In this document: positions 36,525 through 46,323 of the stretch, piece after piece | How the letters are laid out: each line of letters begins with the position of its first letter | Numbering within the stretch: position 1 is the first letter of the stretch | Source of the DNA: Octopus sinensis | Taxonomy: Eukaryota | DNA length: 64,000 bases | Assembly: GCF_006345805.1 (NCBI RefSeq) | Contig: NC_042997.1 | Coordinates: 41,974,001 to 42,038,000 of the forward strand | Direction of reading: 5' to 3' | Program-made: the position numbers and the translations under genes | The notes under the pieces: model-generated | What the model was told of the DNA's origin: nothing | What the model saw: only the letters and a program-made list of their open reading frames with translations | Databases searched by the model: none

Positions 36525-36917
36525 CTTTTCTAATCTAGACACAAGGCCCGATTTTTTGGGGGAGGGGCCAGTCGATTAGATCAACCCCAGTACGCAACTG
36601 GTACTTATTTAATCGACCCCGAAAGGATGAAAGGCAAAGTCGACCTCGGCGGAATTTGAACTCAGAACGTAAAGAGACGAAATACCTATTTCTTTACTAC
36701 CCACAAGGCGCTAAATGCAGAGGGGACAAACAAGGACAGACAAACGGATTAAGTCGATTACATCGACCCCAGTGCCTAACTGGTACTTATTTAATCGACC
36801 CCGAAAGGATGAAAAGCAAAGTCGACCTCGGCGGAATTTGAACTCAGAACATAAAGAGACGAAATATCGCTAAGCACTTCGCCCGGCGTGCTAACGTCTC
36901 TGCCAGCTCGCCACCTT
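36525..36917 (-). mobile_element. SINE family D dimer with tail type 1 internal and tail type 2 terminal
   Basis: Two tandem ttcgaccccgaaaggatgaaa(g/a)gcaaagtcgacctcggcggaatttgaactcagaac units with CpGs retained. Confidence 0.9.
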
Positions 36918-37027
36918 ATTTCAATACTATATTGAAGTGTTCAAGTATTGTATTATGATGAGTATTCATGTTTTTTTCAATACCAATGTCTTCTGTTTCA
37001 CTCGGATATTTATTGTTTTTAACACAG

Positions 37028-37126
37028 CTCGTCCCTGGGAGGTGTTATTCGCAATACAAATGAATGTTTTATTCAGTGTTTACGATGTCAGAAGCGACGA
37101 ATTCTCGTCCGAGCATGTGGCTGACT
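37028..37126 (+). CDS. Candidate 99-nt symmetric (phase 1-1) exon
   Basis: Long pyrimidine tract plus aacacAG|, open frame RPWEVLFAIQMNVLFSVYDVRSDEFSSEHVAD, donor T|GTGAGT. No homology recognised. Confidence 0.25.
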
Positions 37127-37659
37127 GTGAGTATGCATCATTAAAAAGCCCTCAAACTGCCAAAATGTATCAAACAATTTTGCTAGCAGCTGCATGGATG
37201 AATTTTCATCTCTGTCCGACAGTTATTGTTTTCCACTCAACACATCCATAAAATATGTTATTTCAAGACGAATACAGCTTTAAATGGCCTATCAACGGTT
37301 TATATACATTAAACATGATACATTTTAATAGTATATTTTATTAAATATCAATATGGTTCAAAATCATTCACAATTACCTTGTATTAAATATCAAAATATA
37401 CTTATGACCTGATCATTGCAACTTTATTTCACCCAGTGACTATGAAAGATGGGGTGGAGTTGTGGCGAAGTTTAGCCGGTACATCGGCCTTTAGCCCGGA
37501 AAGTCAAGAACGAGCTCCTTCCCACACCACAAAAATACTCACAAACCTCACTTTGATTTTCGAGACTTTTCCATTCTAGGGGATAGAAAGCAATCATGAT
37601 TTCCCTCGGAAGCCCTGAAGTAGTTACACGCACCCTTAATCAAACCCAGAGACAACCAC

Positions 37660-38080
37660 TGTGGTTGTCGTCATGACACCTGCAGCGCATTGATGACACT
37701 ACAACGGAAGTCTCCCCGATTAAAGGTTAGTTCTTCAGCTGCCTTGCCACTCTTGTCCAACTAGCTCATGATATTGTCCACCTATTGCATTTTTTGCTTG
37801 TATCTTGATCTACTTCCCTCTATTCATCCTTCCATGATAATGTTTTCCAGACCTCTTCTTCTTCTTCTTCTTCGAATATGACAACAACACATTGTTTAGT
37901 TGTCTTTCACCGACTAGAAATATCCATTCATTTGTCCGATTGGTTCTTGTAAGAGACTAAAAACATTCTCCTATTCACCTACATTTTAAACGCATTGATT
38001 ATGTTATCTTCAAATTAGTCGTAGATCTTTACTAGTTTTGTAATGGCAATGTTAGTTCGATGTTAACCTGCCGATTGGCC
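37660..38080 (-). mobile_element. Highly decayed RTE-type LINE 3' end
   Basis: Minus translation with stops gives GLENIIMEG*IEGSRSR..VDNIMS*LDK..FNRGDFR, which matches the RTE C-terminus pattern (xxEGxIEGxRxRGR..WxDNI). Confidence 0.5.
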
Positions 38081-39964
38081 TAAAGTCGTACACTAAACAA
38101 TCTTTGCTGCTTTATCTCGTACCACCTCCATGCTGGCTCACGTGAATAAATCGGGTGAGCCTGAATGGAAGTGGGCCCTACACTAACCACTATTCCTGGC
38201 CCTGCCTTCGTAGAATATCAATCGACTGGAGTTCCTTTCCTGTCTACCGATAGCCTTCAGATGTTCAAGGAAAACAACCGTTTCAATCAGTGTCAGACGA
38301 TTTACAAACGCCATATAGGCGCACCCGCTACCTCCACACCAAGCCAGGAGAAATAAAGAGAGAAGGAAAAACAAACGAAACTCCAGTGTTGAACTGACGG
38401 CAAAACAAAAACTTTAAAGTGCTGTAATTTATCGTGAAAAATAGGAAGTACGATGGTTTTTGAGATTCTTAGAAAAATATGATGCGTGAGATTTTCCAAA
38501 CCGCAAGAAAAAAGGGGAATGGTGTATAGTTTGATGGACCACACATGTGTAATAATACAGTCCCTTTATTTTTATAATATTACAGTGAGGATACAATTCT
38601 AGAGTGATGTCGACTGATGAAACACATATCTATTAACGTATCCATTACACGCATAGTAAACATGGTCTCACACACACACTACTACCGTAACACATTCGCG
38701 CATCAACATTAGACGGCGTCAAATTAAAACTTATACACCGCACACCACAGATGTCGCGCACACATGCAGTACAACAACAACACACACACACACACACACA
38801 CACAGAGGCGTCTCTACATTGTTGCTCAACCTACAAGAAATAACAAATCACCCTTATCTCGCAATCTGCTATCTTAAAAAAGAAAAGACACACTGACAGT
38901 GTAATTCTAGTGATGCCAAAAGACAGAATGGTCAAGGTTGAAACACATTTGATTATGGGCTTGCTCAATCAGGTGGTATAGGGTGGAATTCAAAGAATTG
39001 CCGCCAGAAGTGGATTTAGTAGAAATCGAACCACTAATGAAATATTACTAAAAAGTAAATAAGTAAGTCAAATCGACAGGAAGAAGAAAAGAAAAAAGAA
39101 AAACGGAGAAAAAAAAAGGAAAAAGAAAGAGTGTTTTATGTTATGTTTAATAATATCGGAAAATAGAAGAACAATTTTAGAGAACATATAACGGTTCAAG
39201 TAATTGTAATGGTAGACGATAATTAAGTGTTAGTTAAATACATGATAAAAACGGAGAGTTTAAAAAGATTAATGGCAATGCATGTGATGAGGGGCGCATG
39301 CAGCCATTCATAACCCCATTATTGTATAATCATTTCATCATATTCGTTCTATGTATTGTCCCGTCTGTGGTGTCCTGTCTGTCCTTGTTTGTTTCCCTAT
39401 GTTTGGGCCCTTGTGGCTAATAAAGAAACCGAACTTGCTCAATCAGGTGGTAAATTGGTTGAATCGTTAAATCATCAGACAAGATACCTGTGGTATTTAA
39501 CCACAGTCCTTTACGTTCGGAGTTCATATCCTACCGCGATTAATTTAGCTTTTTATTCCTTCCAAGGTCGAAAAAATAAAGCACGTGTCTAATTTTTTTT
39601 TATCTAGAAAGCATTCATAGACGCGAATGGAATAAGACGAAGAATTAGGGAGCTGCCTGGGACCAAACAGCAACAGAGCGTAAAATTAATCGGTACAAAA
39701 GTAGGCTGATTCGTTAGAGCGTCAGTTTGAATGCCTTGATGTTCGTTCCGGTTCTCTGCGATTCAAGTTCGAATCTAGCTGCTGTCATCGTTGCCTTTTA
39801 TTCTTTTGGGGCCAATAAATAAAGTACCATTCCAGTACTGGAGACAACCCCATCCCGCCCACTCTTTCTCTCTCATTCAAACCTTGACTGAAAGGACAGG
39901 TTTTAAAATACCGGAGACCCAAGTCCATCAGCAGTTGAAGGCCAAATGAAAGAGAAAGTTATAA

Positions 39965-40530
39965 ATAGTTCGCTTTGCAACCACGAGGTTTCGTGTTCAG
40001 CCCTATAGGACGTCACTTTGTGCAAGTGCCTTTCATTATAGCCCCGGGATAACCAACGCACTGGAAGTGAATTTGGTTGACGGAAACTCTGTGGGAGCCC
40101 GTCATGTGTATGTGTGTGTGTTGTGATGTGTGTGCTGTGATGTGTGTGTTGTGATGTGTGTGTGTGTGATGTGTGTGCTGTGATGTGTGTGTTGTGTGCT
40201 GTGATGTGTGTGTTGTGATGTGTGTGCTGTGATGTGTGTGTTGTGATGTGTGTGCTGTGATGTGTGTGTTGTGATGTGTGTGCTGTGATGTGTGTGTTGT
40301 GATGTGTGTGCTGTGATGTGTGTGTTGTGATGTGTGTGCTGTGATGTGTGTGTTGTGTTGTGGGTTGTGATGTGTGTGTTGTGTTGTGTGTGACTGTGTT
40401 CTACTAACCCCAATATCACTTGACAACTGCTGTTGATTTGTTTACGTCCGGCAAAAGAGAGCGGTAGAATAAGTACCAAACTTTAAAAACTATGCCCTGG
40501 GGTACGACGACTGAAACAAATAAAAGATAC
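39965..40530 (+). mobile_element. Old family-A SINE whose central microsatellite expanded into a 14-bp minisatellite
   Basis: The SINE halves flank about 280 bp of (GTGATGTGTGTG(C/T)T)n at 40110-40390. Confidence 0.75.
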
Positions 40531-40924
40531 CCACATGTGCACACAATGCGACACACACACAAACATATATAATCACGACAAAATGACAGAACCGCTTCCG
40601 ATTTGGACACAGGACCAGCAGTTTTGCGGGGAGTGGGTTAATCGATACCATCGACCCCCGAAAGGATAAAAAGAAAAGTTGACTTTAGCGGAATCTGAAC
40701 TCTGAACGTAAAGACCCAGAATAAATATCGCAATTTTTGTTGTTTTTTTTTTTTTTACTGACGCTCAAAGATTGTGGTTCTCAGTGTGTGCTGTGATGTG
40801 TGTGTTGTGTGCTGTGATGTGTGTGTTGTGATGTGTGTGCTGTGATGTGTGTGTTGTGATGTGTGTGCTGTGAGTGCAATAAATTGGTTACACTTCTACA
40901 ATATACAAAATATTGATAATTTTA

Positions 40925-41313
40925 GGCGATCTTTCGTCTCTAGTAGACCTTTCCATCGATTTCCGTAAAAAATTTTTGTTTTTTACATATGGGCTTGCGG
41001 GAACTTTTGAAGTAATATACATACAGATACACATCTTTCACACATTACTCTGTCTCTTCACACACACTAACAGAAGCACTTCACTTACACAATATACTGG
41101 CTGTCTCCCACATCCCATCAAACACACACACACACATGTACATCAATGCTTCCCATGCACGGTAACTTCAAAAGAACTTCCCTCGTCATACAATCGCTTT
41201 CTCTTAGTCTCTTTCGCTCTCATTACTTCAAAAGTTCCCGCAAGCCCATCTGTAAAAAAAAAATTTTTTTAACGGAAATCGACGGAAAGGTCTACTAGAG
41301 ACGAAAGATTGCC
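40925..41313. mobile_element. MITE with about 85-bp TIRs (GGCGATCTTTCGTCTCTAGTAGACC)
   Basis: The left arm 40925-41015 pairs with the right arm 41220-41313. Flanks GATAATTTTA / GATAATTTA form a 9-10-bp TSD-like repeat, Mutator/Merlin-like. Confidence 0.8.
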
Positions 41314-42311
41314 GATAATTTATTATACAATTCCCAATAATATCTAATTATAGAAATACAGTAGGATTTTAAGGCAATCGATCGGAATAGGCCTCTGACT
41401 TATCATCGACTTGTCAAAATTCGTCCGTTAGCTTCCGTGCTCACGGTTGAGAATCACTATCCGGGGAACTCCGTCTGCTCGTCGCCTTTAAACATAAACA
41501 ATGTAAATATTTAGCACACATGATTCAACGGGGAAACTCCCACGTGATTGCTTGCCTTGCTAGTAATAGCAGTCAAATCTCTTTCATGTCACATCCTACT
41601 ATCTTAGAAGTGAGTACGTTGCGTAATGTGGTCTTAAGTTCAGTGCACTGAAGGAAAAGTAAAGGCAGGATGGTCATGTCTGGAATGCCTTTAATCAGAG
41701 ACTGCTCAGTCAAGGTTAAATTAGAACTAAAACAACAAAGACAACATCTAACATTTTCGATCCAACGAGGAAGCTTCTACATGGTTCAATTAGAAATAGT
41801 AGTCAAGTTCCTTATGTCTTAAAACTGGAAGGAACGCAATAGGTAATGTAATCAAAGGTACACTACACTCCAAAACAACAGCAACAAAAACAAACGGGAT
41901 AGCTACAGTTTTGAACATAAGTCTGCTGGATCCGGACTCACCTGGGGCTAAATAACAATAACAGTACAATAATGGTTTCTGAATTAGGAACAAGGACAGC
42001 AATTCTGAGAGATTGATACTATTGATTCCGAGGGAATGAAAGGCAAAGTAGACCCCAGCGGGATTTGAACTTAAAACGTGTTCACTGCAAAAAAACCCTA
42101 TAAGACATTTTTTTCCGATTCATCCTCCCAAACGACGCATAATAGTCCTTTCAATTACAGGCACAAGGTCTGAAATTTTAGAAGGGAAGAAGGACGAGTC
42201 GATGACATCAACCCCAGTGCACAACTGGTACTTATTTCATCGGCCCTAACGGCAAAGTCTTACTTCGACATAATTTAAAATCAGAACGTTAAACTGAACG
42301 AAATGCCCCTA

Positions 42312-42384
<73 letters not shown>

Positions 42385-42452
42385 CAGCTTCACTGTCTGG
42401 GTAAGTTCGAAGTGTTGGTATTTAATAGATTGTGTATATAAACGTGCCTCAC

Positions 42453-43800
42453 CTGAGAAGTCGTTGGTGTTAAAACGGTAGTCCTGATCCTGTCCCGACC
42501 ATTCAACTGTTCATTTATATCCCTGCCGACAAGGGTTCGAGTCGGACGGCGGCCTGAGTCTACACGTAGAGATAATCGTTTCAAAACTAATGCAGTGTTT
42601 TCGGCGAAAAAAAAACTAAAACTTAAACAAAAATAATAAGAATGGTAGAGTTTATCCGTGCTCGACAACGAAAGGAAGTCCTGTTGTAGGTACTCGATCC
42701 ACCCGGTCAGGTCGAAGTGCTTCTAATGGGTTTGGGATTGAAATGTAACAGGAAGAATAGGAGAATGTAGAGGGGAGGGGTTGTTTTGTTTGGCTTTCGT
42801 CGTTTTTATTAGTATTTTTTTTCTTTTTTCTGTCTCGGTAGCTGTCTGACAATGGGAAGTGACAGCTAGCTTGTAGGCCGCTTGCGCTATTGACGACGGC
42901 TGCGAAACAAGATAGCAATTAAAGTGTTTATGTGAGTGTGAGAGAGAGAGAGAGTGTGAGTGTGTGTGTGTGTGAGTGAGGGAGAGAGTGAAAGGAAGTA
43001 AGAGAGGGAACAGTGAGGAACCGTGTAAATCAAACTGCGAAGGAGAGAAAGTTGTGACGACAACGAGTCGAAGCATGTATTGAATGAATGGATAGAGTGA
43101 AAGGGATAGATAGATATAAAGAAACAAAGTAAATAAAGCGAAATGGGTGGAAGGCAGCGGTGCTGTAAGAAAACAGAGTTGTATAAAACTACTTGAGAAG
43201 AAGAATAAAGAGACAGAGGAGCAGTAGATGTATTTCTATGAAAGAAAAAAAAAAACCTCAACTTTTTGTGAAGTTGGATTGAGAGATGGTTGAGTTGACG
43301 GAAGGACGAAGATTTCGAAATTGTAAAAATGAGAATAAAATGAGGATAACTGAATTACTTTATCAAGAACTCTTAACGATGTGAAGTGTATTCGGCCAGC
43401 TCGTCAGTTGAAACTATATGTAGTTATTACAAAGTATATAAGCCAGTTGTTATGTGAAGCGACGGAGATATTATTTTACTACCACATTTGCATTTGAATA
43501 TTCCGAAACAAACAAAAATAAATAGCTTCAGAATTTTTTTCTTTTTTGTTGTTGTGTAGACAATTATTGGAAGTCATTAAAAGAAAGAAAGAAAGAGGTG
43601 GGGTGGAAGGAAAACCACCAACGGTTGTGGTAGATTCAGCTGAGAATATTGGGACTCGCTGTGAACTGGCGCAGCCACGAGATCGTTTTATCAGCTGGGG
43701 GCTCGTGTGACGGGGAGAATTGGTTGGTTTACAAACTTGTGCGTTTGGCCGTGTTAGTATTGTAAACATCACTGACAGTGTTTGGCACATTGTTGATTCG
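42453..43800 (-). promoter_or_regulatory. Candidate Pol II promoter and long non-coding first exon of a leftward-transcribed gene
   Basis: TE-free, CpG-rich 1.4 kb. The minus strand carries forkhead-like TGTTTAC (43768-43762) and GTAAAC (43732-43727), CCAAT (43723-43719), GATAAAA (43692-43686), an Inr-like CCAGTT (A at 43667) and a donor CAG|GTGAGG at 42453/42452. Confidence 0.35.
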
Positions 43801-44553
43801 TAAAAGAGTAAATGGGGGTAGGTTAGAAACAACTAAAGATCTGTTGGTATTGCGTGGAGTAAAAAAGAAAAAAAGCAAATGTAAGGATGCGAGTGTGTGT
43901 GTGTGTGTGTGTGTTTGAACACACATACACACACCGATTGCTGTCACATGCAATCGGTATCAACGTGTAGAATGTTTTCGATAATTATTTTCGGTGTCTG
44001 ATCTAGTCGGACCGGATACAGACACCCTTTCGACCCTTCCGTCAGTGTTCCGGCGGCGGTACGTTGGGTAAGCATTAGGGTAGCGAGGGAAAGAGCATGT
44101 GAGAGGTCCGTCAGCCCTGGACGGCACTTTTAAGGGTGCGGGACTTTTTGGGTCGACTGTATAAGGGTTAAACTAAAGCGTTACACCATTCAAAGAAACA
44201 AAAAAAAAAAATGTGTGTAATAGGTGTAAAACAACTTCCTCTGAACGAATATGAAAAAAAAAAATGCGCGCACGCGAAAGGGGAGTGGGGGAGAGGCCTC
44301 GGAAAATTCACATCGGGAATTTCCGAAAGCGTCTGAGGGGCTGACCCGGGCACCAAAACAAAAAAAAAATAGTGTAATATGTGTAAAACAACTTGCTCTA
44401 AATGAATATGACAAAAAAAATGCGCACTCGCGAAAGAGGGGTGGGGGGGCTTGAAGACCCGGGGGAGTGGTAGGTGACTCCAGGGCTGCCTCGATATGAC
44501 GGCTGGAGAGGGAGAATTTATTTGTGAATTACAAAACGGTTAACGGCAGAGTG

Positions 44554-45803
44554 GGATCTTTTCCTTTTGAACGGCAGACAATTTCTAGGTAACTAAACAC
44601 TTTAAAACTTCGTATACTGGTAGAATGTGTCAAAATAAAACAGTTTTTTTCTCTTGGCTTTCTTGAGAAATTGTAATTTGTTTGTTTAACGTAGTTAATT
44701 TTTCGAATTTTAACCAATCCTATGCTCTCTTTGAGCTAAAATCATTTGCTGCGTCTAAAACTGAGACAACATCCTGTAACTAACCCTAAACCTCCCCCTA
44801 ACCCTAACCCTAAATTTTTTTTTCTTAATTGTTACGCGTGTAAAAAAAACTAAAGCAATGGAATTAAATTAATTTACAATTAAGAAAAAAAAATTAGGGT
44901 TAGGGGGGAGGTTTAGGGTTAGTTACAGGATGTTGTCTCAGTTTTAGACGCAGCAAATGATTTTAGTTGAATGGAGGTAATCGATTGGTTAAAATTGCCG
45001 AAATGCTCGGATTTTCAGACGAAATATCTTACAAACTATAGGATTTTCTCAATAAAACCAAGAGAAAATGATGTTTTATAAATACATTCTACCAGTATAC
45101 GAAGTTTAAAAGTGTTTAGTTAACTAGAAATTGTGTTGACATCTGCCGTTCAAAAGGAAAAGATCCTGGGTTTATTTACATTTGCGAAGAAAAAAAAAAT
45201 ACCCTTCCCCCACCCCTAACCCTAACCCTAACTAACTCTAACTCACCCTAACTCACCCTAACTCTAATCCTAAATCTAAAATAGATTGAAATGCAATAGA
45301 TCGATACTAGGGTTATAATTATGGGTGACATTTTCATTTGACACCGCTAGAAAAAAATCCCATTTTCCGTAGCGGTGTCGTATGAAATTGTCATCCATAA
45401 TTATAACCCTAGTATCGATCTATTGCATTTCAATCTATTTTAGATTTAGGATTAGAGTTAGGGTGAGTTAGGGTGAGTTAGAGTTAGTTAGGGTTAGGGT
45501 TAGGGGTGGGGGGAAGGGTATCTTTTTTTCTTCGCAAATGTAAATAAATCCAATCTGTTTCTTAAACGAGTGACATATTCATACAGCACGGAATGTTGTT
45601 TACGTCAATGGAGGTAATCGATTGGTTAAAATTGCCGAAATGCTTGAAATTAAAGTGGAAATATGTTACAAACTATAGAATTTTCTCAATAAAGCCAAGA
45701 AAAAATGATGTTTTATAGACACATTCTACCAGTATACGAAGTTTAAAAGTGTTTAGTTAACTACAAATTGTGTTGACAAGTGCCGTTCAAAAGGAAAAGA
45801 TCC
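44554..45803. mobile_element. Composite foldback DNA element with telomere-like repeats
   Basis: A full MITE copy (44554-45166), then a 386-bp near-perfect palindrome (45167-45552) with CCCTAA/TTAGGG arrays, then a second, more diverged right TIR ending AAAAGATCC at 45803. Confidence 0.85.
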
Positions 45804-45878
45804 ATATATATATATATATATGTGCCATATGATGCCATAGACCCTCAGTTTCACGATGGGGTTGTAGGGACGCCATCG

Positions 45879-45925
<47 letters not shown>

Positions 45926-45934
45926 ATCTATCTA

Positions 45935-45977
<43 letters not shown>

Positions 45978-46094
45978 TTATTACGGAGATGTACTTGCAT
46001 AGCAAGTGACTTAATCTGAGATCGTGTGCTGAAACAAAAACAATTGTAGCATGGGAGGTGTTTATAATCCATTTTAAAACACTCAAAAAATCGT

Positions 46095-46272
46095 TAGATT
46101 CACTCCAACACTTAAATTTAATTTGCCAAAATATTTTCGTCGCTTTGAGAACGCGGACCGTTCACTGACAAAATTCCAAGATGCAGCACGGAATTTTATC
46201 AGTGAACACGTAACGGTCTCAAAGCGACGAAAATATTTTGGCAAAATAAATTTAAATGTTGAAGTGAATCTA
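46095..46272. repeat. Inverted repeat with 83-bp arms and a 12-nt loop
   Basis: tagattcact..ttttcgtcgctttgaga..aaattcc / ggaattt..tctcaaagcgacgaaaa..agtgaatcta, with several mismatches. Confidence 0.85.

Positions 46273-46321
<49 letters not shown>

Positions 46322-46323
<2 letters not shown>

Noticed and set aside
40110-40390. Regular short repeats as a CRISPR-like array
   Set aside because: No unique spacers, eukaryotic context and no cas genes. It is a simple minisatellite.
40013-40479. Long His/Thr-rich ORFs, and similar YI/CV/ER-rich ORFs at 2917-3258 and 52577-54675 and from 61874 to the end
   Set aside because: They are translations of micro- and minisatellites, with no coding signal.
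45195-45520. TTAGGG/CCCTAA arrays as an interstitial telomere or chromosome-fusion scar
   Set aside because: The arrays are short, degenerate and symmetrically embedded in a transposon-like palindrome, and similar motifs occur in other MITEs here.
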